A stretch of 64,000 nt of DNA, from positions 20,487 to 84,486 of the forward strand of contig JABWBP010000005.1 in the NCBI GenBank assembly GCA_013360445.1, written 5' to 3'. The DNA is from Calditrichaceae bacterium. GTDB lineage: Bacteria > Calditrichota > Calditrichia > RBG-13-44-9 > J075. The notes under the pieces were generated by a model that saw only the letters and a program-made list of their open reading frames with translations, was not told the DNA's origin and ran no database searches. Both the position numbers and the translations under genes were made by a program. Shown here one piece after another: positions 54,828 to 64,000 of the stretch; the stretch's first letter is position 1; every line of letters begins with the position of its first letter.

Positions 54828-56492
54828 TCAATACTTCTGCAATTCCTTCGGCACGAACCAGTTTTCTACCGGGTTCATCCGGTAATAGAAGCGGCGCTCG
54901 TCTTTATGCACCGCCCGGAACTCCCGGAAACGGCTGTTCAGCCCGACCAGAATGCGCTCATCGAAAAACAGGAAAATGGCCGGATTTTCCCGCACCGCAA
55001 AGGTTTGGAAGCGCTGGTAAATATTCCGGTGAAGCTCCGCTTTTTCGCGTACCAGGCTGAACAAGCGGTTCAAATAGCGGTTCTGGTAATTCGGTTTTTC
55101 CAGCCCCGCTCCTAAGATGTTGAAGAAGAAATCATCGAATGCCTCGAAAAGGTAACGGGGGTCATAAGTATAAGCAAACAGGAGAGATTGGTAGGCGCCC
55201 TGCCGTACCAGCGTTTCCTTGTCATCCGGCGCCACGGGAATCGGTTCCACGTTCATGTTCAATTCTGCCAGGTAAATCTTGATCGCCCGGGCGACGTTTT
55301 CCTCCAGGTGGGAGTGGCGGGTAAAGTACAGGTTAAAGGAGAGCGGCTGGCCGTTTTTTTCCAGCATCCCGCTCTGCTTGTTCAAACGCCACCCCGCCCC
55401 GGTCATCAGGGTTAAGGCTTCCTGGGGGTCGTACTCTTCCCGGTAGAGGGAGCGTTCGTAATAGGGGCTGGACTCCGGCAGCAGGGTATTGGCCACTTTG
55501 CCGACGTCTTTCATAAAACGATTGACGATGTCCTGGCGATTGAGCGCCAGGTTGACGGCCTGCCGGACTTCCGGCTCGGAAAACGGGAAGCGGGTCAGGT
55601 TGAACAGCATGGTATAAACCTTGGTCTCCGGGCGGGGAACCGGGAAAAGCGCCATCCGCTGGCCCATCAATTCCCGGATGCGGTAGAGGGTGGTGGGGTC
55701 CGAAAATTCGATATAATCCACCTGCCCGTTTACCAGCGCGTCGATGAGAGCCTGTTCATCGGGGAAGAACAGAACTTTAACCCGGTCTAAAAACGGCCTT
55801 CCGGAATAATAGTGCGGGTGGAACCGCAAATTCATCATATTTTGAGAGAAGGATTCTATGATGAAAGGCCCCATCCCCACCGGCTCTTTTTCCTCGAATA
55901 CCCGCGGCCCGATCCGCAGCGCGGCCTGGTAATAATTCCCCGGAACGATGGGAATATCGGCCAGTTTGGCCCCGAAATTCTCATCCGGCTCGAATAACTC
56001 GAAACGCACTTCCAGGTCCCCGCTGCAAGAAATAGATTTGATATTGTCGAAATCGAACCGGCGATTGAGGATGAATCCACGGTATTTTTTCAACATCTCG
56101 AAGGTGAATTTGACGTCCACGTTGCGCAGGTTGGAGCCGTCGTGAAAACTGATATTACGATCCAGCAAAATTCTCCATACCCGGGGATCGTTCTTCCCGG
56201 GGGTGGTAAGGTAGCGTTCGATCAAATCGGGAGGATTCAGCACCTTGTCGGGAGTTTTGGTGAGGCCGTAACCGAAAATCAACTGCAAAATTTCCTTTTG
56301 GGCAGGAGTGTAGATTTGGAAAGGATTGAGGGTGAAATTCTTATCTTTCAGAACGCCGATCACCAGTTGGTCGCCGTAGCTTTCGATTCCCGGGGCAGCC
56401 GGCTGGCCCGCCAGCGGGGAAGCTGCCAGCGCCGCGATCCCCAGCCAGCATAAGATGCGAAAATAGTTGCCCAATAACGTTCCCTCGTTCAT
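54828..56492 (-). CDS. ABC transporter substrate-binding protein, family 5 (oligopeptide/dipeptide type).
   Basis: Signal peptide ILCWLGIAALAASPLAG, about 550 aa, SBP_bac_5-like organisation. Start at MNEGTLL; the track extends to 56546. Confidence 0.75.
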   Translation of the reverse strand: MNEGTLLGNYFRILCWLGIAALAASPLAGQPAAPGIESYGDQLVIGVLKDKNFTLNPFQIYTPAQKEILQLIFGYGLTKTPDKVLNPPDLIERYLTTPGKNDPRVWRILLDRNISFHDGSNLRNVDVKFTFEMLKKYRGFILNRRFDFDNIKSISCSGDLEVRFELFEPDENFGAKLADIPIVPGNYYQAALRIGPRVFEEKEPVGMGPFIIESFSQNMMNLRFHPHYYSGRPFLDRVKVLFFPDEQALIDALVNGQVDYIEFSDPTTLYRIRELMGQRMALFPVPRPETKVYTMLFNLTRFPFSEPEVRQAVNLALNRQDIVNRFMKDVGKVANTLLPESSPYYERSLYREEYDPQEALTLMTGAGWRLNKQSGMLEKNGQPLSFNLYFTRHSHLEENVARAIKIYLAELNMNVEPIPVAPDDKETLVRQGAYQSLLFAYTYDPRYLFEAFDDFFFNILGAGLEKPNYQNRYLNRLFSLVREKAELHRNIYQRFQTFAVRENPAIFLFFDERILVGLNSRFREFRAVHKDERRFYYRMNPVENWFVPKELQKY

Positions 56493-56644
56493 TGAAAACC
56501 CATAATACGCACGGGAAATTATAAAATCAAATTCTAATCGTTCCATTTCGCATGATGAAACCCCCCTTGCAATAATATTGGGGGGGTATTATATTGTGCA
56601 TCTCTTTTGAACCGTGATTATGAAAGGATAAACAAGGAACGGGT

Positions 56645-57940
56645 ATGCAAATAGACGTCAAAAAGGTAAATGCGAGCAAACGGCAGATCACCATCAAATT
56701 GACCCCGGAGGAGCTGCGGGAAGTCGAAAAGCAGGTAATCCGTAACCTCCAGAAAAAACTCACCCTCCCGGGTTTCCGTAAAGGACACATTCCCCCGGGA
56801 ATGTTCCGGCGCAATTTCGGCGAGGCCATCAAAGCGGAGATTCCGGAGCTTGCTATCGCCAAATATTATTCTGAAATGCTCGCTGAAACCGATCTGAAAC
56901 CTGTCGGCGTGGGAGAGATTACCCGGATCGACTTCAAGGAAATCGAAGAAGGAATGGAGTTTGATATTGAGTTGGAAGAGGAGCCGGAAATCGAGCTGAG
57001 AAAATATAAAAACCTGAAAGTCGAAAAAGAGATCGCGGTGGTGACGGATGAAATGGTCGATCAAACGCTGTTGAATATTCGCAAGCGTTTTGCCACCTCA
57101 AAAGCGGTCGAGATGGCCGCCAAAGGGCATTTCATCACCTTCACCGCCCAGTTGTTGGGGGAGGGCGACACCCCGGTAATCGGCAAAAAATATGATCAAA
57201 TCACCCTGGAAATCGGTTCCGGGGAATTTGATCCCGGTTTCGAGGAACAACTGATCGGCATGGAGGTGGGCGGGGAACGGATTATCCGCCGGATGGTTCC
57301 GCCCCGCCCCGGTGAAAAGAGCCGCGAGCCCCTTCTGGAAAGTTATAAAGTAACCGCCGAGGCCATCGAAGAGCGAGAATTGCCCCCCCTGGATGATGAT
57401 CTGGCAAAGAACCTCGATGATGAAAAAATCGAGACCCTCGAACAACTGAAGGATGCTTTGCGCAAAGACCTGCAGTACCGCCTCGAACGGCGCAGTAATT
57501 CCCAATTCTACAGCCGCCTGGCCGATGAAGCGCTCAAGGAAAATCCCTTTGAAGTGCCGGATTCGATGCTCAACCGGCAATTGGATTCCATTGTGGAACG
57601 GATTCAAGAACGCTATCCCGATGAAGAAATCGATGAAGCCACGGTGCGGGAAAAAAACCGCGCCGACGCCATTTACGCCCTGCGCTGGCACCTGCTGAAA
57701 AAGCAGATTGCCAGGGCCGAAAGCATCTCTGTCAGCGATGAAGAAACGCTCAAATTCATCGATTCTCTCAATATTACCGTCAAAGAAAAACACCAGCGGA
57801 AAAAGAATAAGGATTATCTCTATGACTTGAAGCAGGATTTGCTGGAAGAGAAAATCCTACATTTCTTGTCGCAGAATGCCGATATTGTCGAAGTCTTTGT
57901 TCAGCCGCAGGCAGAAGAAGGGGCAATCACCCGGGTGTAA
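56645..57940 (+). CDS. tig: Trigger factor.
   Basis: N-terminal ribosome-binding domain with a GFRKGH signature, 431 aa. Confidence 0.9.
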   Translation: MQIDVKKVNASKRQITIKLTPEELREVEKQVIRNLQKKLTLPGFRKGHIPPGMFRRNFGEAIKAEIPELAIAKYYSEMLAETDLKPVGVGEITRIDFKEIEEGMEFDIELEEEPEIELRKYKNLKVEKEIAVVTDEMVDQTLLNIRKRFATSKAVEMAAKGHFITFTAQLLGEGDTPVIGKKYDQITLEIGSGEFDPGFEEQLIGMEVGGERIIRRMVPPRPGEKSREPLLESYKVTAEAIEERELPPLDDDLAKNLDDEKIETLEQLKDALRKDLQYRLERRSNSQFYSRLADEALKENPFEVPDSMLNRQLDSIVERIQERYPDEEIDEATVREKNRADAIYALRWHLLKKQIARAESISVSDEETLKFIDSLNITVKEKHQRKKNKDYLYDLKQDLLEEKILHFLSQNADIVEVFVQPQAEEGAITRV

Positions 57941-58060
57941 GCGAACGCTGGCTATCTGCCGGCGTGCAGGCGCTGATTTTTTTCGATTTTTTCACCCAAC
58001 TTCAAAAGCCTTTCAGGGCTTTGATGGTTATGAAAACTTAAACGCTGCGAGGAATCATAC

Positions 58061-58678
58061 ATGCCTTTAGTCCCCATCGTTATCGAACAATCCGGGCGCT
58101 CGGAACGCGCCTACGACATTTATTCCCGCCTCTTGAAAGAGCGGATCATTTTTCTGAGCACTCCCATCGACGATACCATTGCCAGCCTTACCATTGCCCA
58201 GCTTCTGTTTCTGGAAGCGGAAGACCCGGAAAAAGACATCTACCTGTATTTGAATACCCCCGGCGGGTGGGTAACCTCCGGGCTGGCAATTTACGATACC
58301 ATGCAGTACATCAAGCCGGACGTGGTGACCACCTGCATCGGGCAGGCTGCCAGCATGGGCGCTATTTTGCTGGCTGCGGGGGCCCGGGGAAAGCGCTTCG
58401 CCCTGCCCAACGCCCGGATCATGATCCACCAGCCCCTCGGCGGAGTGGAAGGCCAGGCCACTGACATCGACATCCACGCCCGGGAAATTTTGAATATCCG
58501 CGACCGCTTGAACCACATTCTGTCGGAAAAAACCGGCCAGGCGCTGGAGAAGGTCGAACAGGATTCGGACCGGAATTTCTTCATGTCCGCCCAGCAGGCC
58601 CTGGAGTACGGGATCGTGGATGAAATTTTAGCCAAACGGGGCGGGATCGAGAAGCTGAAAGTGCGGGAAGAGGAATAG
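58061..58678 (+). CDS. clpP: ATP-dependent Clp protease proteolytic subunit.
   Basis: Ser-His-Asp catalytic triad context: [13 protein letters not shown]. Confidence 0.95.
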   Translation: MPLVPIVIEQSGRSERAYDIYSRLLKERIIFLSTPIDDTIASLTIAQLLFLEAEDPEKDIYLYLNTPGGWVTSGLAIYDTMQYIKPDVVTTCIGQAASMGAILLAAGARGKRFALPNARIMIHQPLGGVEGQATDIDIHAREILNIRDRLNHILSEKTGQALEKVEQDSDRNFFMSAQQALEYGIVDEILAKRGGIEKLKVREEE

Positions 58679-58884
58679 GTCGTGCAAGTATTCTGCGGGT
58701 ACCGGAAACGCAATACTCAACGCTATAACTACCGGGGCGGAAATTCATTATCAGAAGTAACTATTCAGGCGTTTTGCCACAGAGGCCACAGAGAGCACAG
58801 AGACATAAAAAAATTCCTAATCAAATCACAAATACAGGGATATAAGTCTCTAATGAATAGTGACTATCAGAAAACATTAAATTA

Positions 58885-59140
58885 ATACTGGTATCCGGTA
58901 TTAATGCGAATTGAATTAAGGATTGGAGTAAATATATGGGATTTGGAGGCTGATCGGTACTTAACATCCCCCCTGTCCCTCCTTCAAAAGGGGGAAATCA
59001 AGGGCGAATGCGAAGCTCCCCCCTTTGAAGGGGGGGACAGGGGGGATGTCGTAAGCCGATTTTAAGATAAATCCGATACAGTACTTTCAACCCTTAATTC
59101 TCATTATTGGCATCCGGTATCCGGTAGTAATCGTTATATC
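58885..59140. repeat. Composite palindromic element in the 475-bp clpP-clpX spacer. It has a flanking direct repeat GGTATCCGGTA[T/G]TAAT, terminal inverted repeats around GAATTAAGG / CCTTAATTC, and a central ~31-bp inverted repeat rich in C and G tracts.
   Basis: catcccccctgtccctccttcaaaaggggga ... tcccccctttgaagggggggacaggggggatg, with the flanks read directly from the sequence. Confidence 0.55.
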
Positions 59141-59153
59141 CAGTCACCTAACT

Positions 59154-60416
59154 ATGAAAAACAAAGATATGAGCAAGCGAGATTATTTCGATCACGAATC
59201 CTACTGTTCTTTTTGCAATCGCAAAGCCACCCAGGTGGCGCAATTGGTTACCGGGGCCTCCGCCAGTATCTGCGACCAGTGCATCCAGAGCGCCAACGAA
59301 ATTTTGCGCAATTCCCGCTCCTCGCGCTTCCAGCGGGGAGAGTTGCGGCTGCCCAAACCGGCGGATATCAAGAAATTCCTCGACCAGTTCGTCATCGGGC
59401 AGGAGCGCGCCAAGATCGCGCTCTCCGTGGCGGTCTATAATCACTACAAACGCATCTCCTTCGACGCCCAGGCCGATGACGTGGAAATCGACAAGAGCAA
59501 TATTCTCCTCATCGGCCCCACCGGGGTGGGTAAAACCCTCTTAGCCCAGACCCTGGCGCGGCTGCTGCAAGTGCCCTTCTCCATCTCCGACGCCACCACT
59601 CTTACCGAGGCCGGCTACGTGGGCGAAGACGTGGAGAATATCTTAGTGCGCCTGTACCAATCTTCCAATTATGATATTCCCTCCACGGAACGGGGCATCG
59701 TCTATATCGACGAGATCGATAAAATTGCCCGCAAGGCCGGCAGCCCCTCCATCACCCGCGACGTTTCCGGCGAAGGGGTGCAGCAGGCGCTGCTGAAAAT
59801 TTTAGAAGGCACCGTATCCGCCATTCCCCCCAAGGGCGGGCGCAAACACCCGGAAGCGCCGATGATCCACATCAACACCCGCAATATTCTTTTTATCTGC
59901 GGGGGGGCGTTCGAGGGCCTGGGGGACATCATTCGCCGGCGCATCGGGGAAAAATCGGTGGGATTTTCCGCCAAAATCAAATCCGTCAAGCACCTCAAAG
60001 AGGGGGAGGTGATGGAGTTCGTGGAGCCGGAAGACCTGCTCCATTACGGATTGATCCCGGAGCTGATCGGGCGGTTGCCGGTTTTCGTGGGATTGCAGGA
60101 ATTGAGCGATTCGGAAATGTTAGCAATCCTCTCGGAGCCGAAGAATTCCCTGATCAAACAATACAAAAAACTGTTCGAGTTAGAAGGCATCGAGCTGAAA
60201 TTTACCGAGAAAGCCCTGCGGGAGATCGTCAAAATGTCGCAGAAGCGGCGCACCGGGGCGCGGGGCCTGCGCAGCATCCTGGAAAAGGTGATGGTCAACG
60301 TAATGTTCCAGGTACCCTCGCTGGGCAACGTAAAGGAGTGCCTGATCACCGAAGAGGTGATCCTGGGCAGCGCCGAACCGGTCTTGAAGCAGGGGAAATC
60401 GCGCCAGTCCGCGTAA
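59154..60416 (+). CDS. clpX: ATP-dependent Clp protease ATP-binding subunit ClpX.
   Basis: N-terminal zinc-binding domain CSFC...CDQC, Walker A GPTGVGKT, and the GYVG pore loop. Confidence 0.95.
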   Translation: MKNKDMSKRDYFDHESYCSFCNRKATQVAQLVTGASASICDQCIQSANEILRNSRSSRFQRGELRLPKPADIKKFLDQFVIGQERAKIALSVAVYNHYKRISFDAQADDVEIDKSNILLIGPTGVGKTLLAQTLARLLQVPFSISDATTLTEAGYVGEDVENILVRLYQSSNYDIPSTERGIVYIDEIDKIARKAGSPSITRDVSGEGVQQALLKILEGTVSAIPPKGGRKHPEAPMIHINTRNILFICGGAFEGLGDIIRRRIGEKSVGFSAKIKSVKHLKEGEVMEFVEPEDLLHYGLIPELIGRLPVFVGLQELSDSEMLAILSEPKNSLIKQYKKLFELEGIELKFTEKALREIVKMSQKRRTGARGLRSILEKVMVNVMFQVPSLGNVKECLITEEVILGSAEPVLKQGKSRQSA

Positions 60417-60427
60417 GGATAAACACC

Positions 60428-60470
60428 TAATTGGCAATTAGCAATTGGCAATTGTCAATTGCCAATTTAA
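60428..60470. repeat. CAATTG heptamer palindromic array.
   Basis: taattggcaattagcaattggcaattgtcaattgccaattta. Confidence 0.65.
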
Positions 60471-60508
60471 TTTTTTTAACGCACCTTAGTCACTTTAAAA
60501 CACTTTCC

Positions 60509-62860
60509 ATGAAAACCATTCAACAATTTACCAAAGGCGATGAAACCATCCGCATTCCCGGCACTTTGCCGTTGCTGCCCATCCGCGACCTGGTGATTTT
60601 TCCCTACTCCGTGGTGCCGCTGTTAGTGGGGCGGGAGAAATCCCTGGCGGCCATCGAAATCGCCAAACATAACGACAACCTGCTGTTAGTAGCGACCCAG
60701 AAAAATCCCGAAAAAGAGGACATTACCTCCGCGGACCTGTTCCGGGTGGGCACGGTGTGCCGGGTTCTGCAAGTGCTGGAATTTCCCAACGGCCACGCCA
60801 AGTTAGTGGTGGAGGGGATCACCCGGGCGCGCATCAACCGATTTTTGAAAAACCGCCAATCCTTTCACGCGCAAATCTCCCTGTTCCGGGAGCAGGAAAC
60901 CTTCACCCGGGTTTCCGAAGCGTATCTCAAGCAGCTGATCTATTATTTTCAGGAATACATCAGCTTTACCCCGGATTTGCCGGACGAGATGCTGGAGCAC
61001 CTGCACCGCCAGGGCGACCCGGAGCGGATGATCGATTTCGTGGCTCTCAACATCCAGGCGGAGGCGGCGGAGAAGCAGAAAATTCTCCAGGAACGCGACC
61101 TGGAGAAGCGCCTGCTGCTCTTGTTAGAATTGCTGCAACAGGTCATCGGCCACCACCGGGTGCGCCAGGAGATCGACCAGCGGGTGCAGGAGCGGCTGAT
61201 CCAGAACCAGCGCAACTACTATTTGCAAGAGAAGCTGAAGGTGATCAACAAGGAGTTGGGCGAGGAAGAGGAGCTTTCGCCGGAAATCCTCAAGTTGGAA
61301 GAGGAAATCCTGGCGGCGAGCCTGCCCGATCACGCCCGGGAAAAGGCGGTGGAGGAGTTGGGCAAGCTGAAAAAAATTCCCCCCTTCTCCCCGGAATATA
61401 CCGTGATCCGCAACTACCTGGACTGGCTGATCCGGGTTCCCTGGGCGCAGCACACCCCCGACCGCCTCGACATCCGGGAAGCGCAGCGCATTCTCGACGA
61501 GGACCATTTCGGGCTGGAAAAACCCAAGGAGCGCATCGTGGAGCACCTCGCGGTGCTGAAACGGGTGCAGGGCATGAAGGGGCCGATCCTGTGCTTTGTA
61601 GGCCCCCCGGGGGTGGGGAAAACTTCGTTGGGAAAATCCATCGCCCGGGCGTTAGGGCGGAATTTCGTGCGCATCTCCTTAGGCGGGGTGCGCGACGAGG
61701 CGGAAATTCGCGGCCATCGCCGCACCTACATCGGCTCCCTGCCCGGCAAAATCATCCAGTCCATGAAAAAAGCGGCCACCAACAACCCGGTTTTTCTGTT
61801 AGACGAGGTGGATAAGATGAGCATGGATTTCCGAGGCGACCCCTCCGCGGCGCTGTTGGAAGTGCTCGACCCGGAGCAGAACAAGAGCTTCGTGGATCAT
61901 TATTTAGACGTGGATTACGATCTCTCCCAGGTCTTTTTCATCACCACCGCCAACGTGCGCGCCAATATTCCCCTGCCGTTGCAGGATCGCATGGAGATCA
62001 TCGAGCTGCCCGGCTACTTGGAGCACGAAAAGCTAAAAATTGCCCAACTGCACCTGATTCCCAAGCAGTTCCGGGAGCACGGATTAAGCTCCGGGGAGCT
62101 GCAAATTTCGGAAGAGAGCATTCTGCGGATCATCCGGGAATTTACCCGGGAGGCGGGGGTGCGTAATTTGGAGCGGGAAATCGCCAATCTTTGCCGCAAG
62201 GCGGTGCGGCGGCTCTCGGAAAACGGGGATATCAAGCGCCTGAACATCACCCCGGAGAGTCTGGAGGAATTCCTGGGCCAGCCCCACTTCCTCAACCGCA
62301 AAGCGGATTTGCGGGAAGAGGTGGGGGTGGCCACCGGCTTAGCCTGGACCCCTTTCGGCACCGGGGATTTGCTGCGCATCGAGGTAAGCGTGCTGCCCGG
62401 CAAGGGGCAGTTTACCCTCACCGGCAAATTGGGCGAGGTGATGCAGGAATCCGCCCGCACCGCGCTCAGTTACATCCGCTCCATCGCCGGGGAGTTGGAG
62501 ATCGCCAACGAAATTTTCGAGAAGAACGATCTGCACATTCACGTGCCGGAGGGAGCGGTTCCCAAGGACGGGCCTTCCGCGGGCATCGCGCTCACCTCGG
62601 CGATCATTTCCGCCCTGACCAAGCGCCCCCTGCGCAACACCGTGGCCATGACCGGGGAAATTACCCTGCGCGGCAAAGTGCTGGCCGTGGGCGGCCTGAA
62701 GGAAAAACTGTTAGCCGCCCAGCGCAATCGCGTGCCCATGGTCATCGTGCCCGCGGAGAACACCAAAGACATCGCGGACCTGCCCAAAGAGTTGCGGGAG
62801 GGATTGGAGATTGTGCAGGTGGAGCATTATAGGGAGGTGTTGGGGCGGGTGTTGGTGTAG
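60509..62860 (+). CDS. lon: ATP-dependent protease Lon.
   Basis: N-terminal LON domain, Walker A GPPGVGKTS, and the C-terminal Ser-Lys dyad region PKDGPSAGIA. Start at MKTIQQF; the track start at 60431 lies in the repeat. Confidence 0.95.
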   Translation: MKTIQQFTKGDETIRIPGTLPLLPIRDLVIFPYSVVPLLVGREKSLAAIEIAKHNDNLLLVATQKNPEKEDITSADLFRVGTVCRVLQVLEFPNGHAKLVVEGITRARINRFLKNRQSFHAQISLFREQETFTRVSEAYLKQLIYYFQEYISFTPDLPDEMLEHLHRQGDPERMIDFVALNIQAEAAEKQKILQERDLEKRLLLLLELLQQVIGHHRVRQEIDQRVQERLIQNQRNYYLQEKLKVINKELGEEEELSPEILKLEEEILAASLPDHAREKAVEELGKLKKIPPFSPEYTVIRNYLDWLIRVPWAQHTPDRLDIREAQRILDEDHFGLEKPKERIVEHLAVLKRVQGMKGPILCFVGPPGVGKTSLGKSIARALGRNFVRISLGGVRDEAEIRGHRRTYIGSLPGKIIQSMKKAATNNPVFLLDEVDKMSMDFRGDPSAALLEVLDPEQNKSFVDHYLDVDYDLSQVFFITTANVRANIPLPLQDRMEIIELPGYLEHEKLKIAQLHLIPKQFREHGLSSGELQISEESILRIIREFTREAGVRNLEREIANLCRKAVRRLSENGDIKRLNITPESLEEFLGQPHFLNRKADLREEVGVATGLAWTPFGTGDLLRIEVSVLPGKGQFTLTGKLGEVMQESARTALSYIRSIAGELEIANEIFEKNDLHIHVPEGAVPKDGPSAGIALTSAIISALTKRPLRNTVAMTGEITLRGKVLAVGGLKEKLLAAQRNRVPMVIVPAENTKDIADLPKELREGLEIVQVEHYREVLGRVLV

Positions 62861-62912
62861 TTTCTAAGCCAGCGGCTCGTTAACAGGCCTGCTGCGCTGG
62901 TGTTCTCGAACC

Positions 62913-63917
62913 TCACCCCTCCACCGCCGCCTCCGCCATGGCCCGGATATTCTCCGGCGGCACGTTGGGCAGCACGGCCTCGTGGCTGGGGCTGACGATC
63001 AGATTTGGCCCCAACAACCTTTTTACCCGGCGCACGTCCTCCCTCACCTGCTCCGGCGATCCATTCACCAGCAAATCCTGGGTGTCGATTCCCCCCATAA
63101 ATGCAATCTTTCCCCCAAATTCCCGGGCGAGCGTCTCCGCATCCATGTTGGCGGCTTTGGCCTGCAGCGGGTGCAGCCCATCCACGCCTAACTCGATCAG
63201 GTCAGGGATAATCCGGTAAATAGAGCCGCAGGAGTGCAGGATTACCGGCAATCCCTGCCGGTGCGCCAGGCCGATCAGCTTCTTGAAATAGGGTACGATA
63301 AACTCCCGGAATAATTCCGGGCTGATCAAAAGGTTCTGCTGGCTTCCGAAGTCATTGCCAAAGAAGTAAGCGTCGATAAGGCCATCCGCGGCGGCGAAGA
63401 AGCGGGCATTGGCTTGCAGGTAGAAATCGACCACGCGCTCCGTAACCGCGTGAACCACCCCGGGGTGGGTAAACATCTTGATAAAGTAGTTCTCCATCCC
63501 GAAGAATTCCGCCACGTCATGGAAGAACGGGCACCAGAATCCGCCGGCGCGATAGACGTCCCCCGCTTCCTGCAACGCCCGGATCACTTCCGAAAAATCC
63601 AGGAAATCGGGATCTGGCCACTCGAAATCCTCTACCTGGCGCACGTCTTCGCACCCGGCGAATGCGCCCCCGGCGCCAAGCTCCTCTCCGGTACGCTGCA
63701 CGTCGAACATGGGCTTGCCTCCGGGGTGTTTATAGACGCCCGCGGGTATCCATCTTAGATCGTCGTTCAGCGCCTGGCGCAACTGCTCCTCGGTCGCTGT
63801 TCCGAAATATTGATGGAGCAGGGGCCAGGTATCCGGGTGGGGATTTCCCAGCCACAGCCCGCAGCGGTCCGCAGGTAAACCGGCAATGATGGCCCGAATT
63901 CTATCGCGGCGGTTCAT
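62913..63917 (-). CDS. Uroporphyrinogen decarboxylase (URO-D) family protein (MtaA/CmuA-like methyltransferase fold).
   Basis: URO-D-like TIM barrel pattern. SD AAGGAA before MNRRDRIR; the track extends to 63995. Confidence 0.65.
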   Translation of the reverse strand: MNRRDRIRAIIAGLPADRCGLWLGNPHPDTWPLLHQYFGTATEEQLRQALNDDLRWIPAGVYKHPGGKPMFDVQRTGEELGAGGAFAGCEDVRQVEDFEWPDPDFLDFSEVIRALQEAGDVYRAGGFWCPFFHDVAEFFGMENYFIKMFTHPGVVHAVTERVVDFYLQANARFFAAADGLIDAYFFGNDFGSQQNLLISPELFREFIVPYFKKLIGLAHRQGLPVILHSCGSIYRIIPDLIELGVDGLHPLQAKAANMDAETLAREFGGKIAFMGGIDTQDLLVNGSPEQVREDVRRVKRLLGPNLIVSPSHEAVLPNVPPENIRAMAEAAVEG

Positions 63918-64000
63918 GGGATTTTCCTTTTTGCTGCATCCGGCAGAAGTTACAAGTTCCCCATCCTCTTCCTGAAAGTCTGGTTTTTTATGCAAGCAGT

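Noticed and set aside
58907-59074. 55-codon ORF ([53 protein letters not shown]) spanning the clpP-clpX element.
   Set aside because: No Shine-Dalgarno sequence. The composition is dictated by the G/C-tract hairpin, so it is more likely structural DNA or RNA than a protein.
18887-60470. CAATTG and other word arrays considered as CRISPR arrays.
   Set aside because: Units are 7-8 bp with no unique spacers of 25-40 bp, there are no cas genes, and the arrays are followed by their own complements. They are hairpin repeats, not CRISPR.

Overview
This 64-kb window comes from a high-GC (about 60%) diderm bacterium, most likely a member of the FCB (Fibrobacteres-Chlorobi-Bacteroidetes) group. Two proteins carry the C-terminal sorting domain used by the Bacteroidetes type IX secretion system (T9SS), and LpxC is fused to FabZ. 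Most genes are on the minus strand. The core content is a complete division and cell wall (dcw) cluster, mraZ-rsmH-ftsL-ftsI-murE-murF-mraY-murD-ftsW-murG-murC-murB-ftsQ-ftsA-ftsZ (18995-37593). It is followed by an envelope cluster, lpxA, lpxC-fabZ, lpxD, skp, bamA, tamB (38683-49622), and by tig-clpP-clpX-lon (56645-62860). Other genes include a dCache sensor histidine kinase with an NtrC-type regulator beside a B-box/NodB deacetylase, cdsA, an OppD-like ABC ATPase, a CHASE2 class III adenylate cyclase (partial), a class V aminotransferase, a TPR protein, a cutA / eIF-2B-like / response regulator operon, a DUF2339 membrane protein, and a four-helix-bundle gene of the 23S rRNA intervening-sequence (IVS) protein family. 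I saw no rRNA, tRNA, CRISPR array, transposase or recognisable defence gene. The main unexplained signal is in the intergenic spacers. Nearly every spacer, including those inside the normally compact dcw and lpx operons, carries a long imperfect hairpin built from tandem degenerate 7-8-mer words followed by their reverse complements. There are at least ten word families. In addition there is a perfect-hairpin REP-like family (GTGCAAAACTGAAGTTTTGCAC, about 10 copies) and palindromic CAATTG arrays (5 copies). The four-helix-bundle gene is enclosed by complementary GAGAAGT-word arrays in an IVS-like way. A low-GC island of about 2.1 kb (3440-5580) creates a chimeric, frameshift-interrupted T9SS cargo gene and a lipoprotein whose signal peptide is encoded by a TGTAAAA heptamer array. 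All functional assignments rest on motif recognition by eye; no database search was run.
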